A stretch of 64,000 nt of DNA from Octopus sinensis (GCF_006345805.1 NC_042999.1:72850001-72914000); one strand, 5' to 3'; positions 25,229 to 38,368 are shown, counted from the stretch's first letter. The notes: generated from the letters alone by a model not told the origin. Program-made: numbers and translations.

Positions 25229-27910
25229 ATCCACACGTACATGATGGGGTTCCATCCCATATTCACGTTTCCGTACACCAAATTTCACTTACATAGTATT
25301 GGTCAGCTCAAGGTTGAATGATACTGTTGCCACAAAGTGGAACCTAAAAACACATTGTTGCGAAGCGAACTTCATAACTTGCGCAAACGCACCTGTGCCT
25401 AGTTGTTTGTTGTGTAGAAAAGCTCTGTCAAAAAAAAAAACAATAGCAACAACCTAAGCAACGTAGAACGTGCTCTTTGCGTCAGATCTAATTTTTCTTC
25501 AGTGTTTTGAACGTCTTAATGATTTTTGTGATATTCTTTTTTGCCTGTGTAGAGTAGTATTTTGACTTGCAGTTTCGCAGCGAGAGTTTAATTACGTTTA
25601 TCGACAATAAAATGTTATTTATTGCCTGTATGCGTGCATATGTTTGGACGTATGTGTGTCTATATAATATGATCACAGTACAAGATAGTACCAGCATTGC
25701 TAGAAATAAGAGTCAAAACAGCTCTTTGAAAGACCCCCCCCCCCAATTTTCTCGCAATTTATTGTTTATTTATTTATTTATTTTTTTGACCCGAAACCCA
25801 CGTTTTCGGATACGGAGATTCCGGAAAATTGCCAAAAATCGGAATTTTGTAGTTTTTTGTGCCCCCTACTCCCTGTCCCAAATTTCTTCCATTTTTCACT
25901 TTTTTCCATAAACCTAACCCTAACCCCGTAAGCAGAAAAATGTTTTGAAATTTTTTTTCAGAATCATAATCTCCGTGTTTTGCCGCATATTTTGACTTGT
26001 GAAAAAAAAAAAAAAAATTTACAAAAATGTTTGAAAATGTTTTTCAGGATCATAAATCATAATCTCCGTATTTTTCTGCATATTTAAAAAAAAAATTCTG
26101 AAAAAAGTTCAAAATGAAGAATTTTTTGGGCGGGGGGATGGGGCGAAAATTTCAAAATGCCGATTTTTGCCAATTTATTTTGCAGATTCGTATTCTCCGT
26201 AGCCGAAAATGGGGGTTTATGTAGCAAAAAAAAAAATTTAAATAAATAAATAAAGGGGTGCTTTTTTTTGGGGGTGGGGTTACAAACGGAAGTCTTGCCC
26301 GACTCTTATTTCTAGCAATACTGGTACTATCTTGTACCCTGATTATAAATTAATAATTTTACTTTTATGCTTGCTAGACACTTATCATCATTTATTATTA
26401 TTAATAATAATAATAATATACACACGCACACACAATGTATATTGTAAGTCGCTTATGACCATTTTGGTATGAAGCCTTTCCAGTAACGGTAGCCGACTGA
26501 TAAACATTAAGCACGTAAAATTTGTATCTCATTAATATTGAAAATAATACCCGAGTATATGGCTTGTATTATGTGTGTGTGTGTGTAGCCGATTTTCCGA
26601 ACTTAGTACACAAAATGGCGGACAGAGTGTAACAAACTATTTCGTTTGAAAGCGAAAGGTAAACAAATAATCGTTAACTATCATCAAAATTCGCTAACAA
26701 TCGGTAATGAAAACGCTAATCGTAAAATACAGATGAATTATTCTATTTTAATGTTTGTTGGTTTTTATTATTAAACTGAACATTTTCACGACAGTAGACA
26801 AAAAAAAAAAAATTACGAAACTAACTTTAGTTTACACACACACAACTTCTTTTCACTTTGAATCGGTGTAATTTGTTTCACTTTGACCGCCATATTATGT
26901 GTACGGTGTTCGAAAGATCCCTTCTGTGTGTGTGTGCATACGTTAATGCATGTATGTGTAAATATATCAGCATTATTTAACCTCAGTTCAATCCTTGAAT
27001 AGACCTACCTATAACCGCCCTATAACCTATGACGTTCCAGCTGCGCTTTCCCATCTTTTATTCACACATAGATACAGTGTGTACGACTACATATATCCAA
27101 AGTGCTCCTTCTCTTTTAAGACTCTAGGGTATATGAGTCTGGGCTTATATTTCTAAGAGTCAGAGGAGCCCTTTCTCGCACCGGGTGTATTATTTAGCGT
27201 GAGATTGGCGTATTCTTTTATGCTTTTAAAGCTTTTCTTTTCTCTCCATCCCCTCCACAATTTTAGTTTCTTTTGCTTTCTTTTTAAGCTTCGTTTTATT
27301 TGTAAGTTTCCCACTCTCGTTACATCACAATCTCATGTAAACGACACATATAAATACATTCCACCCCTCACGAAACATAATTACGTTTTTCAGGTTTTTC
27401 CCACTTCTATTTTCGACTTAACACACATTTTTTTTCGATCGTGTGTTTCTTTCAATGCACACACAACAATTTTAGGATGGTTTTGTTAAATGATTTTCTG
27501 CTGGATACTCAGTAGGTCGTTATTAGAGAAGAAAATTACTCACCGAAGTGATCATTACTATATAAATATTCGTCTAGCAGATTTCTATTTATTTATTTAA
27601 TGTATATAGTCCCAGCTTTAGGCAGAACAGATGTCTCATGCTCTGCAGTTTTTTTCTCTTCTCCACACTCTTGTACTAGAGTAGTATGTGTATATCTTTC
27701 CTATATATATATATATACACATACTGTATAATTATTCTCATAAATCGTTCAAGGCATCTCTTAATTCGTCTAATCGAGGCTAGTTATTTGTGGTGCTATA
27801 CCCAATGTCTAGGTGTAATATATGATAATAATGTAATCTCGAATTTAACTATGTCAATAACACATACACTTAGGGTTCTGGGTATCCAACGTATATTCAC
27901 ACACATTACT

Positions 27911-27953
<43 letters not shown>

Positions 27954-28551
27954 GTGTCTGTGTTTATGGCTATCCAGCTAAGGTTCGGGTGATCATGAAG
28001 CGTAGCTAATTCCTTTTTAAACTCGTCTCTTTCTCTTCAAGTTTCAGACGTGTTTAAAGGGACGTTATTGTAGTGTGAAACCCATAGAAACTGTGCAGGA
28101 GCGAGAGAAGGAATTAGGAATGTGTTTGCTGTGCCGTGTTACTGTGTAAGGATGACGTCGATAGCAATTATCAAGTCAATGAATTGAAGTGTTTTTTCTT
28201 TACTTAGTTTAGCAAGAAAATAAAAACAACAAAAAAACTAGTCATCTCTTATATACCATACTATGTATACGTGTGTATACATAGGCTTACACATGCTTAG
28301 GCGTGCATGTATTGTGCAAGCTTTGCATTTGTAATATTTTGTATGAACATGGGTATAAGCTTGTTATGAATATCTTGATATATCTATCTACCTGTCCATT
28401 TATCTGTCTAATGTAAAAATTTTAACAAACAAACAGTTGTAATAATTTCGTATTTAGGGAAATAATACGCAATATTTCTTCACTTTTCGTGTCCGAATTG
28501 TCTTTGTCTTCGGAAAACACCTGGTATCCGCTTGCAAAGTAAATCATCCAT
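19735..28551 (-). CDS. Candidate multi-exon gene (unidentified), starting MDDLLCKRIP-DEYLYSNDHF-DVQNTEEKLDLTQRARSTLL-
   Basis: Phase-compatible GT-AG segments: 28551-28521, 27573-27544 (donor G|gtgagt), 25514-25454, then 24549-24449 or 24198-24155. Further segments 21657-21617 (gtaagt) and 19781-19735 (AAG|gtaaga). Some acceptors are weak, a phase 1-to-0 exon is missing, and no homology is recognised. Confidence 0.3.
21706..21845 (+). mobile_element. tRNA-head SINE family B (aggtggcaagctggcagaattgttagc...)
   Basis: Copies at 33745-33955 (+), 58790-58990 (+), 29190-29395 (-) and 29440-29600 (-). Confidence 0.7.
22624..23008 (+). mobile_element. Full-length tRNA-head SINE family C
   Basis: A-box-like ccagtggttagggcag and B-box-like gtttcaattccc followed by a ~300-bp body; a related decayed copy lies at 1522-1770. 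Confidence 0.65.
23040..23375 (-). pseudogene. Penelope-like GIY-YIG endonuclease remnant
   Basis: - strand fragments ENI.YQCS...SFKL.YNQ.N...TTLSSYIWELKI...NII.RIP...MLN follow the Penelope GIY-YIG order. Confidence 0.6.
23625..24101. mobile_element. MITE with ~70-bp TIRs and AATT target duplication (Sola1-like, tentative)
   Basis: Left CTGCTTCAAGCACCTCATATAA..., right reverse complement CTGGTTCAAGCACCCCATATAA...; AATT at 23621-24 and 24102-05. Confidence 0.7.
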
Positions 28552-29600
28552 TTAACATTAGCGTTTTCTTTTTCTTTTCACTGCACTAAATGGCAATATC
28601 ACAGATGCAATGGAACGTCTTGTCTTCCCGTCACTATTCACCCAAATAGCTCAGATACAGTCCACAAGGTTTAGTTGCTTTCTTCCATCTCCCACATTCA
28701 TCTGCACACCGCCATAATTTGTCTAGTTTGATCGTTTCTCGTTATTTTTGTCTGTCTTTCTGATTCAGTGTTGTGTTTACTATTCCGCTTTCCTTCTTTA
28801 TTTACAAAATATAATCGAAATGCAGCATTAACTATTAATTCTAAGGCAACAATATATAAACAATAGAAAGGAAATGGGACATTGGTCTCCATTTATCTGT
28901 CTGTCTCTCTCTTTCTCAACACACTAAAAAACATGTAAGCAAAATATAATTTCCCACATTGGTACACGAACATAAATGTGTAGGGAGTATATTTAGTTGA
29001 TTAAATCACCTCCATTACATATCGGTAACATCCTTTTTATCGAGCTCTGTGGAATAATAATAATAATGATTTCTTTTATTTGCCACCAAGGTGAAGGATG
29101 AGGGGGGGACAATACAAAGACAGACATAAAGTGTGGAGGTTTTCATATAATGGAATGATAAAAAAAAAGAAGCGAAGATGATGATAATAATTCTTTCTGC
29201 TAAAGGCACGAGGCTTCAAATTTTTGGGGAGAGGCTAGTCGTTACATCGACCTCAGTGTTCAACTGGTATTTATTTTATCGACCCCGAAAGGATGAAAAG
29301 CGAAGTCGACCTCGACGGAATTTGAACTCAGAATGTAAAGACGGACGAAATGCCGCTAAGCATTTTGCCTGGAGTGTTAACGTTTCTGTCAGCTCGAATA
29401 ATAATAATGATGATTTCAAATTATGGCAGGGGAAGGCGTAAGTCGACCCTAGTGATCAACTGGTACTTACTTCAACGACCCACAAAGGATAAAAGGCAAA
29501 GTTGACCTCGGCGGAATTTGAATTCAGAACATAAAAAGCCGGAAGAAATACTGATAAGCATTTTGTCTGACGTTTCAATGATTCTGCCAGTTTGCTACCA
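25000..29600. promoter_or_regulatory. CpG-retaining promoter-like interval (possible bidirectional TSS region)
   Basis: CG dinucleotides are visibly more frequent than in the flanks. YY1-type motifs CAAAATGGCGGAC (26611-23, +), AATATGGCGGT (26896-86, -) and ATTATGGCGGT (28718-08, -); ETS-like ACGGAAGT near 26286; candidate first-exon donor AAG|gtaaac at 26658. Confidence 0.5.
25678..26337. mobile_element. 660-bp foldback/MITE-like palindromic element
   Basis: 37-bp near-perfect terminal IR gtacaagatagtaccagYattgctagaaataagagtc; imperfect subterminal arms (ttttcggNtacggaga, ttgNcaaaaatcgg); no clear TSD. Confidence 0.75.
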
Positions 29601-31773
29601 TTATTATTTGCAAATGGCACCCATGCTGGTGGCACATAAAAATACCCATTACATTCTTGGAGTGGTTGGCGTTAGGAAGGTCATCCATCTGTAGAAACTA
29701 TGCCAAATCAGACTCGAGTCTTGTGCAGCCTTCCTGCTTGCCAGCCCTGGTCAAACCGTCCAACCCTTACCAGCATGGACAATGGATGTTAAATAATGAT
29801 GATTATGATGAGAGAGTAGCATTTATTTTCATTCAGATGTAGTTGAGCTCCAAATCTGCTTCTAATCAAGCAAGCAGACCAATGATGAAAGGCATTTCAA
29901 CTGTGACCATCCCATTTTTTATAAATTCCATTTTATTTAACATAGTGTACCTGGGATTATATTATCTAACATCTCTTTTTCAAGATTGTGAAGTAGAAAA
30001 TACACAGCATTGCTAAATTAATTACATTTTTTTATGCATTCTTTTCATGTAAAATCACCTCTTAATTAATTTCATTTATATTTTGAATTTTCTTGATATC
30101 TGAAGTTTATATTTAGTTGTATTAGGAGAACTGTTTCTTCACAAACTGGTTTTGTGGGAGAGGGTATTGAAATTAGAATTTCTTTGGTCTTTTTTTTTTT
30201 TTTTTTTACATATTCTTCAAGGAATAATGTAACATTTCTGCTTTTCATTACATTGTAGCATTATTTTCAGCTGTTATGATGGCTTCTATCTTAGATTGTA
30301 TATTTTTCATATCGCATGGACTTTCTTTTATGCTATTCCTTATGTTGTGGTTTAACCCCAAGTCAGTACTAATCAGACATGCCTACAATCAAAGGCATTT
30401 CAACTCTGATTATCCCATGTTCCCTACTAAATTACTTTACTTTTTTAAGATTGTTGGTTATAATTTGGACGAGATTTCGCTGCTTTTTCTGTTAGGTTGA
30501 TTGATATTAGAGGCTCTTTTGTGTGGAGTCATTCAATTGATTAGGTTTTAGTAAATGTTTTTTTCTCCCCTGCCTAATATAATTTTCTGCATATTTGTAT
30601 TTAGTTCTATATTTTCTCAAGTGTAGAGTTTATATTTTGATTTGAAATCTCACTACAGTGAGCTTTGCATTCCATTCTTCCAGAATCAATAAAATATCAG
30701 CCAAGTACTACCGTTCAACTAATTGACTGTGTCCACCTTTATTTTTCCCCCAAAGACCTGACACACCTTCAAATTTTAGCTTAAGTTTGTATCATTTATT
30801 GTATCAATCTTCACTTCAGGTAGATTAACCTGTGTTTGTGAGACAGCCATCCTAAGGCATCAGATTAAAGATTTTCTTTATTTTTCTTTCGTTCTGTATG
30901 GGACAATGAAAAGAAATGCTTCTTTGGTTGCCATTGAAAGTTGATATTTGTTTATATTATAAAACTTTTCATTTGTTTTTGTTATTGTTACAAATGTAGT
31001 CAGTTATTAACAAAAGCATAGCCTGATAATACTTTGAAGTTTGGTGTCAAGTTCAAGTGAAGAGTAACATGTTTCAGTTAGTGGTAGTCTGATTTGACCT
31101 ACATCTACCTCACTTAGGGACTTGCTTCATGTGAGTGATAGTGTTAAATCTGATTTATCTGTATCTAGGAGATTGTGTACACAGCAGTGTCAGTCTAATT
31201 TCAGAAATACAATTATTTCTATAACTTGAGTGTCTCACAATTTCCTGATTAAGCCATTTCTCGTCATGTACTTAGGGCCCTCACCTGTAACCAGCTATAG
31301 TCAATAACCTGGAGTTGGCATTGACTCCATTTTGATTTATTTTACTTAACGTTTTCTCTCACTTCATGAAGATAACAGTTTCCTTTAGTGTGGGGTTGAC
31401 ACAGTAAGTGTAAAGATACTTTGTGTGAATACACATACGCGCATGCACACACACTTTCCTGTACATTTGTATTGTACTTCATATTTATTTTCAAGTACAG
31501 CATCTTTTATGCACTGTGTTCAAAACCCATTTGGGTCAGCTTTATCTTTATTCTTCTGCAGTCAATGAGATAAGAATCAGTTAAGAACTGGTGTTAATAT
31601 AATCAACTGTACAATCTTGTAAAATTTATGGCCTCTTGCTTTTGTTAGAAATTGATAATATATTTGGATGTTGTTAGGGCTGACGTTTAGAGAGACATCG
31701 AAATATGTAAATGAGCAAGTTTTTTTTTTTTAGTTTCCATTTTTCTTTTTTCAAAATCCAATAATCTGGCTAG

Positions 31774-31865
<92 letters not shown>

Positions 31866-31866
<1 letters not shown>

Positions 31867-32232
31867 TGTGGGCATGGCTGTGTGGTAAGAAGCTTGCTTC
31901 TCAACCACATGGTTCCAGGTTCAATCTCACTCCATGCCACCTTGGGCAAGTATTGTCTACTATGATCTTGGGCTGACCAAAGCCTTGTGAGTGGATTTGA
32001 TAGATGGAAACTGAAAGAAGCCCATTGTATATATTTATGTGTGTCTGTGTTTCCCCCCCCTCGCTTGACAACCAATGTTAGTGTGTTTACATCCCCATAA
32101 CTTAGCAGTTTGGCAGAAGTGACAGAATAAGTACCAAGCTTACAAAGAATAAGTCCAGGGGTCAATTTCTTTGACTAAAAGGCAGTGCTTCAGCATGGTC
32201 CCAATCAAATGACTGAAACAAGTAAAATAAAA
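31866..32232 (+). mobile_element. Bipartite tRNA-head SINE
   Basis: Same family as 8082-8480; preceded by (TC)n(TA)n at 31771-31862. Confidence 0.72.
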
Positions 32233-33465
32233 GTATATATATATATATATTCTCTCTAGTTTCAGCTCAGAGCTGTGGCCATGCTGATGCACTGCCGTAT
32301 ATATAGTATTGCATTATGTTAGGTTTGCTGTGGTGCAAAGTGTTTAAATCTAAGAGCAAGATTATCAAACTCACTTCGTAGTGCAAATACAATTTATAAG
32401 CTGTTATTAAAAAGACATGGTGAAAACTTTCTGTTCAATAATTTTTTTTTATCTAATAATTATCATAAGAGATATGAAGTGGCACATATTTATCTGTTTT
32501 TCTGCATGTAAAGTCTAATAATGATAGCTATGCAATTGGTTGTATGTATATATTCCTTAAAACATATATGCCACCATTTTTACTCATTGTTACCTAGTAA
32601 ACAGGCTATTAGTTTATTAGCAACCAATCAATGTTTATTGTTCTCCTTCAAGTGTGTATGCATCAGTCGGTTGATGTTTGTCTAATTACATACATCAATG
32701 CTGGAGAGATTAGCTATTTTTCACACATACACACCAAGCAAACAAGGGAGCCTCAGCAAGACTACTTAACCTACTGGGAATAACAGCCAAATCTCTGTTC
32801 TGTCTTAAATAAGCTGAGGACATGTTAGATATTGTAGTTTTAGATGCACCTAGAAATATAAGATGACTATTCCTGGAAAGCCTGTTCTTGATCATCCTGT
32901 ATATTACAAAGTTGACCTGGCATTAAACAAAAGAAACACATCACCACCACCATCATCATCATTTTAATGTTCACTTTCTTTTGCTTGCATGGACTTCATA
33001 GAATTTGTTTTAGCAGGTTTTCTATATCACCAGATGCCTTTCTTGTTGCCAACTCTTATCTGTTTCTTCCAAGCAATTAATAATTCCCCATGGTTGGACA
33101 TGCTTTCATGGAAGATTGGAAATGAAGGTCACTGCATTTATGATACTGATGCTAATTTACTACTAATCACATAAGGCCAGGACAAAGAAACACCAGCACA
33201 CTCATACACACACTTGTATACACATACATACATTACATGCACAACTACATACATATGAACAGACAGACATCAGGCTACTTTCATTTTCCGTTTGCCCAAT
33301 CTGCTCACAAAGCTTTTGTTGCATGGAAGATACTTCCTTAAGGTGCCATGCTGTGAACCTGAGACCAGGTATTTGAAAAGTGAACTTCTTTACCACACAA
33401 CCATGCCTAGTAATATTTGAGTTCAACACTAAGTCAGTGAACTTACTTGTCAGTTAACCCTTTAA

Positions 33466-33740
33466 CCCCTTACTTGGCAAAGATGAGTTGTCTTCACCCA
33501 ATATATCTTTTTCAGAGTGTGATGAGTAAAATCGTCCAAAACATGCAGGCATTTCTTGGCTTTTATCTTTATCTTTTTTAAATACAAATTACACCCAGAT
33601 TTCAGGCTCAGAAGATGACAATGAGTATGAACTTTCTATTAGAAACTTGGATACATCAGATGAGAATACAAGCTTGTCTAATTAAAAAAAATTGTCTGAA
33701 AATGAAACGTTTTCTCCAAAAAAAGTTGCTGGGAAAGGGG
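33466..33740 (+). mobile_element. piggyBac deletion derivative
   Basis: TTAA at both ends; TIRs CCCCTTACTTGGCAA / CCCCTTTCCCAGCAA; internal acidic stretch SGSEDDNEYELS...DTSDE resembles a piggyBac transposase N-terminus. Confidence 0.55.
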
Positions 33741-33966
33741 TTAAGGTGGTGAGCTGGTTGAATTGTTAAGCATGCCAGGCAAAATGCTGAGTGGTATTTC
33801 ATCCGTCTTCACATTCTGAGTTCAAATTCTGCCGAGGTCAACTTAACCTTTCACCCTTTCGGGGTTGATAAAATAAGTGCCAGTTGAGCTTTGGGGTTGA
33901 TGTAATCGATTTGCCCCATCCCCTAAGTTGCTGGCCCTGTGTCAAAATATGAAACCAGTTACTTAA

Positions 33967-34187
33967 CCCTTTAGCATTCAGATTTCTTTGCCAAATGTAT
34001 TACTTATTTATTCACATTGTTTTGAATTAGTCATGCATTATCTTATTGTTTCAAGATGTCAATGGTGGGTTTGTATATTTTTAGAATGGCATTGTAGGGT
34101 AGGTATGAGAGGCTGGACCATGTCAATTTTAACAAAAATTAAGTAGAATATTTGGGCTGGATATAGCCGGATAAAATGCTAAAGGGG
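33967..34187. mobile_element. piggyBac-type MITE family 1
   Basis: TTAA|CCCTTTAGCATT ... AATGCTAAAGGGG|TTAA; second copy at 60641-60861. Confidence 0.8.
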
Positions 34188-34772
34188 TTAATAATCCCAT
34201 TCTTTAGCTATTGTAAAGAGTATTAATGATATCTCTTTACAGTTAGGTGGGCTGTATCAAATAACTTAGTCAAATACATAACACTACTTGTGACATGAAT
34301 TTTCAAGCCTTACAACTGTTGGCTCTCCCCACTACAGTTTCAAGCTAACAAGTTTTGTCTCTTAGTTCAGTATAGTACAGCTAAAATGTTACTTTCTATT
34401 GTCCTGCTTGGAAACATGTGAAGGTTGACAGCAGGAAGGGCATCTGACCATAGAAAAATTTACTTAGAAAAATTCTATCTGACCCATGCAAGCATGGACA
34501 AGTGTGTGTCAAAATGATAATTATCATAATTACATCATTAATTATAATTAATGATGTAATTTATCTTATGAACAGCTGAATTTAACCTAAAAAGTAATTT
34601 TTCTAACTTCAAAGTATTAATGGTACTAAACTGTAATGTTTATCATTGAGTGTTTATTTAATCGCTAGATTGGACAGTAGTTTGGAGAGCTTTTGTCAAT
34701 TTATTGATGTTGCATAAGTTCACGAGCAGTGTGGAGATAAGGATTCTGACGTTTCTGGCAAAGGCCTTTGTC

Positions 34773-34854
<82 letters not shown>
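34773..34854. repeat. (AG)n microsatellite
   Basis: About 40 AG units; another (GA)n at 49124-49191. Confidence 0.95.
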
Positions 34855-34859
<5 letters not shown>

Positions 34860-35234
34860 AACATTCTTTTAAATGTTTATGGATTGAGAATATAAGCTTT
34901 TCAAAATTGTGCAGGGGTGGAAAGATAAGGAAAATTAGAATAGTGTAGGTTAGAATTTATTTGAAAATAGCATAGATTGACATCAACTGAACTAGTGCAT
35001 ATGCGCTATAGAGAAGAGTTTTAGCTAATATAGATGCCTAGTGTAATGCAAGCAAGCTTATTTGCAGGTAGGAGAGAAAGAAGTAGAAACTATTGGTGGT
35101 TTGAATTGGCAAAAATCATATAGTAAAATACACAAAGTGAATAAGCTTGCTTGTATGTTTTGTACTTGAGAAAATGATACTTATAAATGGGCAATTTGAT
35201 TTTGAAACATTTTCCTATTAGAAAAGATACTTAA

Positions 35235-35432
35235 CCCTTTCGTTACTGTATTACTGTTGAGATGCTCTGTGTTTCTATAATGAAGAATTTAGTAAAATAA
35301 CTTGGTTATCATTCAGCTAGTGTTAGGCGCATAAATTGCAACTAAGGTTTGGTGGAAGATTTTAATTCAAAACTTATGAAAACAAGACATTTGTATTCAG
35401 AGCCAGTTTCAGCCGGGTTGGTAACGAAAGGG
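35235..35432. mobile_element. piggyBac-type MITE family 2
   Basis: TTAA|CCCTTTCGTTAC ... GTAACGAAAGGG|TTAA; inverted copy at 59220-59439. Confidence 0.82.
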
Positions 35433-38368
35433 TTAAGCTATCTAAAGCTTTACAAAAATCTCCCAAATTCTCACCTCTCACTCTTGTATGCATCATGAAT
35501 TATTTAAATAAAATGTTATGAATTTTTAGACAAAAGTAGTGTTTCTATATTACCGTAACACTTTATCTTAATAGGACATACATGATTTTAAATGTTTGTG
35601 TGATTTATTTTAAAATACAGTGCCTATTTATTAGTCCCTTCATGTGTACTATTTTGTGTAGGAATTTAACAAATTTTGTTGGTTTTTCTCATTAGAAAGC
35701 CGAGGCAACCTTGTAGTTTTATCTGTTGCTATGTTTGAGTGGCCTCTTGTTTGTGTTTTGTAAAACAAAATTACTGCTTTCTTGATAGGTCATGTGATCT
35801 TATAGAGACTCTCTCATTGGCTAATAATATTTTCTCAGCATTATGCTGTATCATCTCAAAAGAATTAACTTTCACATTACTTGTAGGAAGTGTTAATTCA
35901 TTTCATTTATTATGTATTTTTGCAGTAGAACACTTGACTAAATCTATTTAGTTTTATCTCTCTAGAAGTTCAAAACTTGCTGGGGTTAACTTGAATTTTT
36001 ATCTTTTATCTTTTACTTGTTTCAGTCATTGAACTGTAACCATGCTGAGGGATTTTCCTTCAAATGTATCAATCCCAGAGTTTATTTTTTAAACTTGGTA
36101 CTCATTCTATTAGTCTCTTTTGCTGAATCTCTAAGTTATGGGAACATAAACCAGCACTGGTTGTCAGGCAGTGATAATGAACAAACACACACATACACAC
36201 ATGGCTTAGGTCAGTCTGAGGCTATAGTAAAAGACATTTGCCCTTGTACCACACAGTGGGACTGAACTGAAAATCATGTGGTTGGGAAGCAAACTTCTTA
36301 CCACACTGCCATGCTAACAAAATTGTATTTTTTACTTCACTTTTTGATTTACCAAAATACCAGTCAAATACTGGAGTCACATCAGTCAGTCATAAAACTG
36401 CTCTCCACATTTTATGCCAGAGTGAGAAATCAATGTACTTGATTAACTTCAGGTGCAATATTTCTTTTTCTTATTTAATTTTTTTTTTGGTTTGGGTTGA
36501 ACTTATATATTTTATTTGTAGTCCAGGGTTATGTTGCTCTTATTCATTATGCTAAGGATATATTTATTTATGGAATTACAGCACTCAAATAATATTGAAG
36601 AAAATATTGATTTATTGATAAAGGAGATAGAAACACATGCAGCACCCTCACAAATCTCAAGCAGAGAATCTAGTTTGTCGTTGCTTTTTTAATCATTAGT
36701 TGAAATTACTATTGGCTGTAAGCTGGTGGTGATGGGGATGTTCTCTTGGTAACTAGCTGAGTTGTGCATTTTGTCATGCACATGCACAACCAGATATTGA
36801 CAAATATGCTGTCACAAATAAAGAGCAAGATAACATCATTGCTTTTGTTCATTCATATCTGAAAGAATGCTCTATTTAGCACGAAACTCAAAAGCCATTG
36901 CAAAATAGTAATTTTTGCATGTGCACTCACACGCACACGCACCTTTCTCTCTCTCTCTCTAAGAATATCATGGAGTGAGAAGAACAAACTTGTAGAGAGG
37001 CTCCTGTTGAATTTTGATTCATCATTTTCATATTCCCCAACTCAGGACCCATAGTTTAACATACCGTAATAAAAGGCAAGGCCAGTTATGAAAAATTATG
37101 TTGCTATAAAAGACATTAACACCCTAAGTGAATACAGCTTGGCCAATTAGATCACTTGTTGTGTAACCAAGTGAGCTGGAATCTTCCCATCACATAACCT
37201 GGTTAAACATTCTAGAAACTCAGTTGGGTGTTATAAAATTTGAATCCTCAGACAGAATGGCTTGAGGTGTTACTTGAAGCTATGTCAGTTGGCTTTGTGA
37301 TAAGGCATTCTCATTTGTTCTACTTAATCTGTTCTCCATGATTATAAATTGTCTTTGTGTTACTATTTAGCATATTATGCAGTGAAAACTTGTACTTATT
37401 CCATTTGATATCTCTTGAATGCAGTTCTATTTATTCAACTGTTGTATATATGTAAATACAAATGTTCCAAGTTCATAAAAATGTATGAGAACTAATACCA
37501 ATATTAGTAAGGTCATTATGAACATAACACACAACCCACTAAATGTTGCTTTTAATCGATAACTATTTAACAACCTTAATACCTCACCAAAACTCATTAA
37601 TATTGTCTATCATGTGAGCTGTGTTCCAGATGTCTTGTGTCCTTATTTTAAAAAAAACAACCCATAGTATGTGATTTGAGAGAAAAATAGCTGTTATTTC
37701 TACCAGTTCACTTTTATACTCTTTTACATCTTTCGTTATGGAACCACTTGCGTGATCAGTTTAATAAGAAATGATTATTATTTATTACAAACTTGACAAT
37801 TGTAATATCTCTTTTTCAAAATGTCATTATTTTATATGACATTCTTATTGCACCTAAAATTACTGACTCAGATATACTGTTTTTCCATTGATTGTTATAT
37901 ATATATATGTATGTATGTATGTAAACACACACATGCATATTATTGAATGAGGGAGGTACAAAATGAGTACAAAAAATATAATCAGTTGTAAATATGCTGA
38001 ATAATCAAGGCTTAGACAGATAATCTATATTGAGCTTCTTCTATATTTATTTTCCTCATTTTTATCAGTAATTGATTAATAATTTTCTTATACCTTCTTA
38101 TTCATGAACCAAAATTAGGTAAAATAATTAAATAAATAAGGATCTGAAATCCAACTGAAAGTTCACTAGGTTTATTTAATTTTTTTTTTTAACATTCCAA
38201 TTTGAGTTTTGACTTCAACCGCAGTTGAAGGTTTTGTTGTATTTGAAACCTGGCCCTGTTTGAAACAAGTATTTTCACATTGAAATAATTCTTAATATCA
38301 GTGTATATGAATAAATAAATTGAAATTTGCAATTCCTGACATTCTAAACATGACTTTGAATGTCATAA

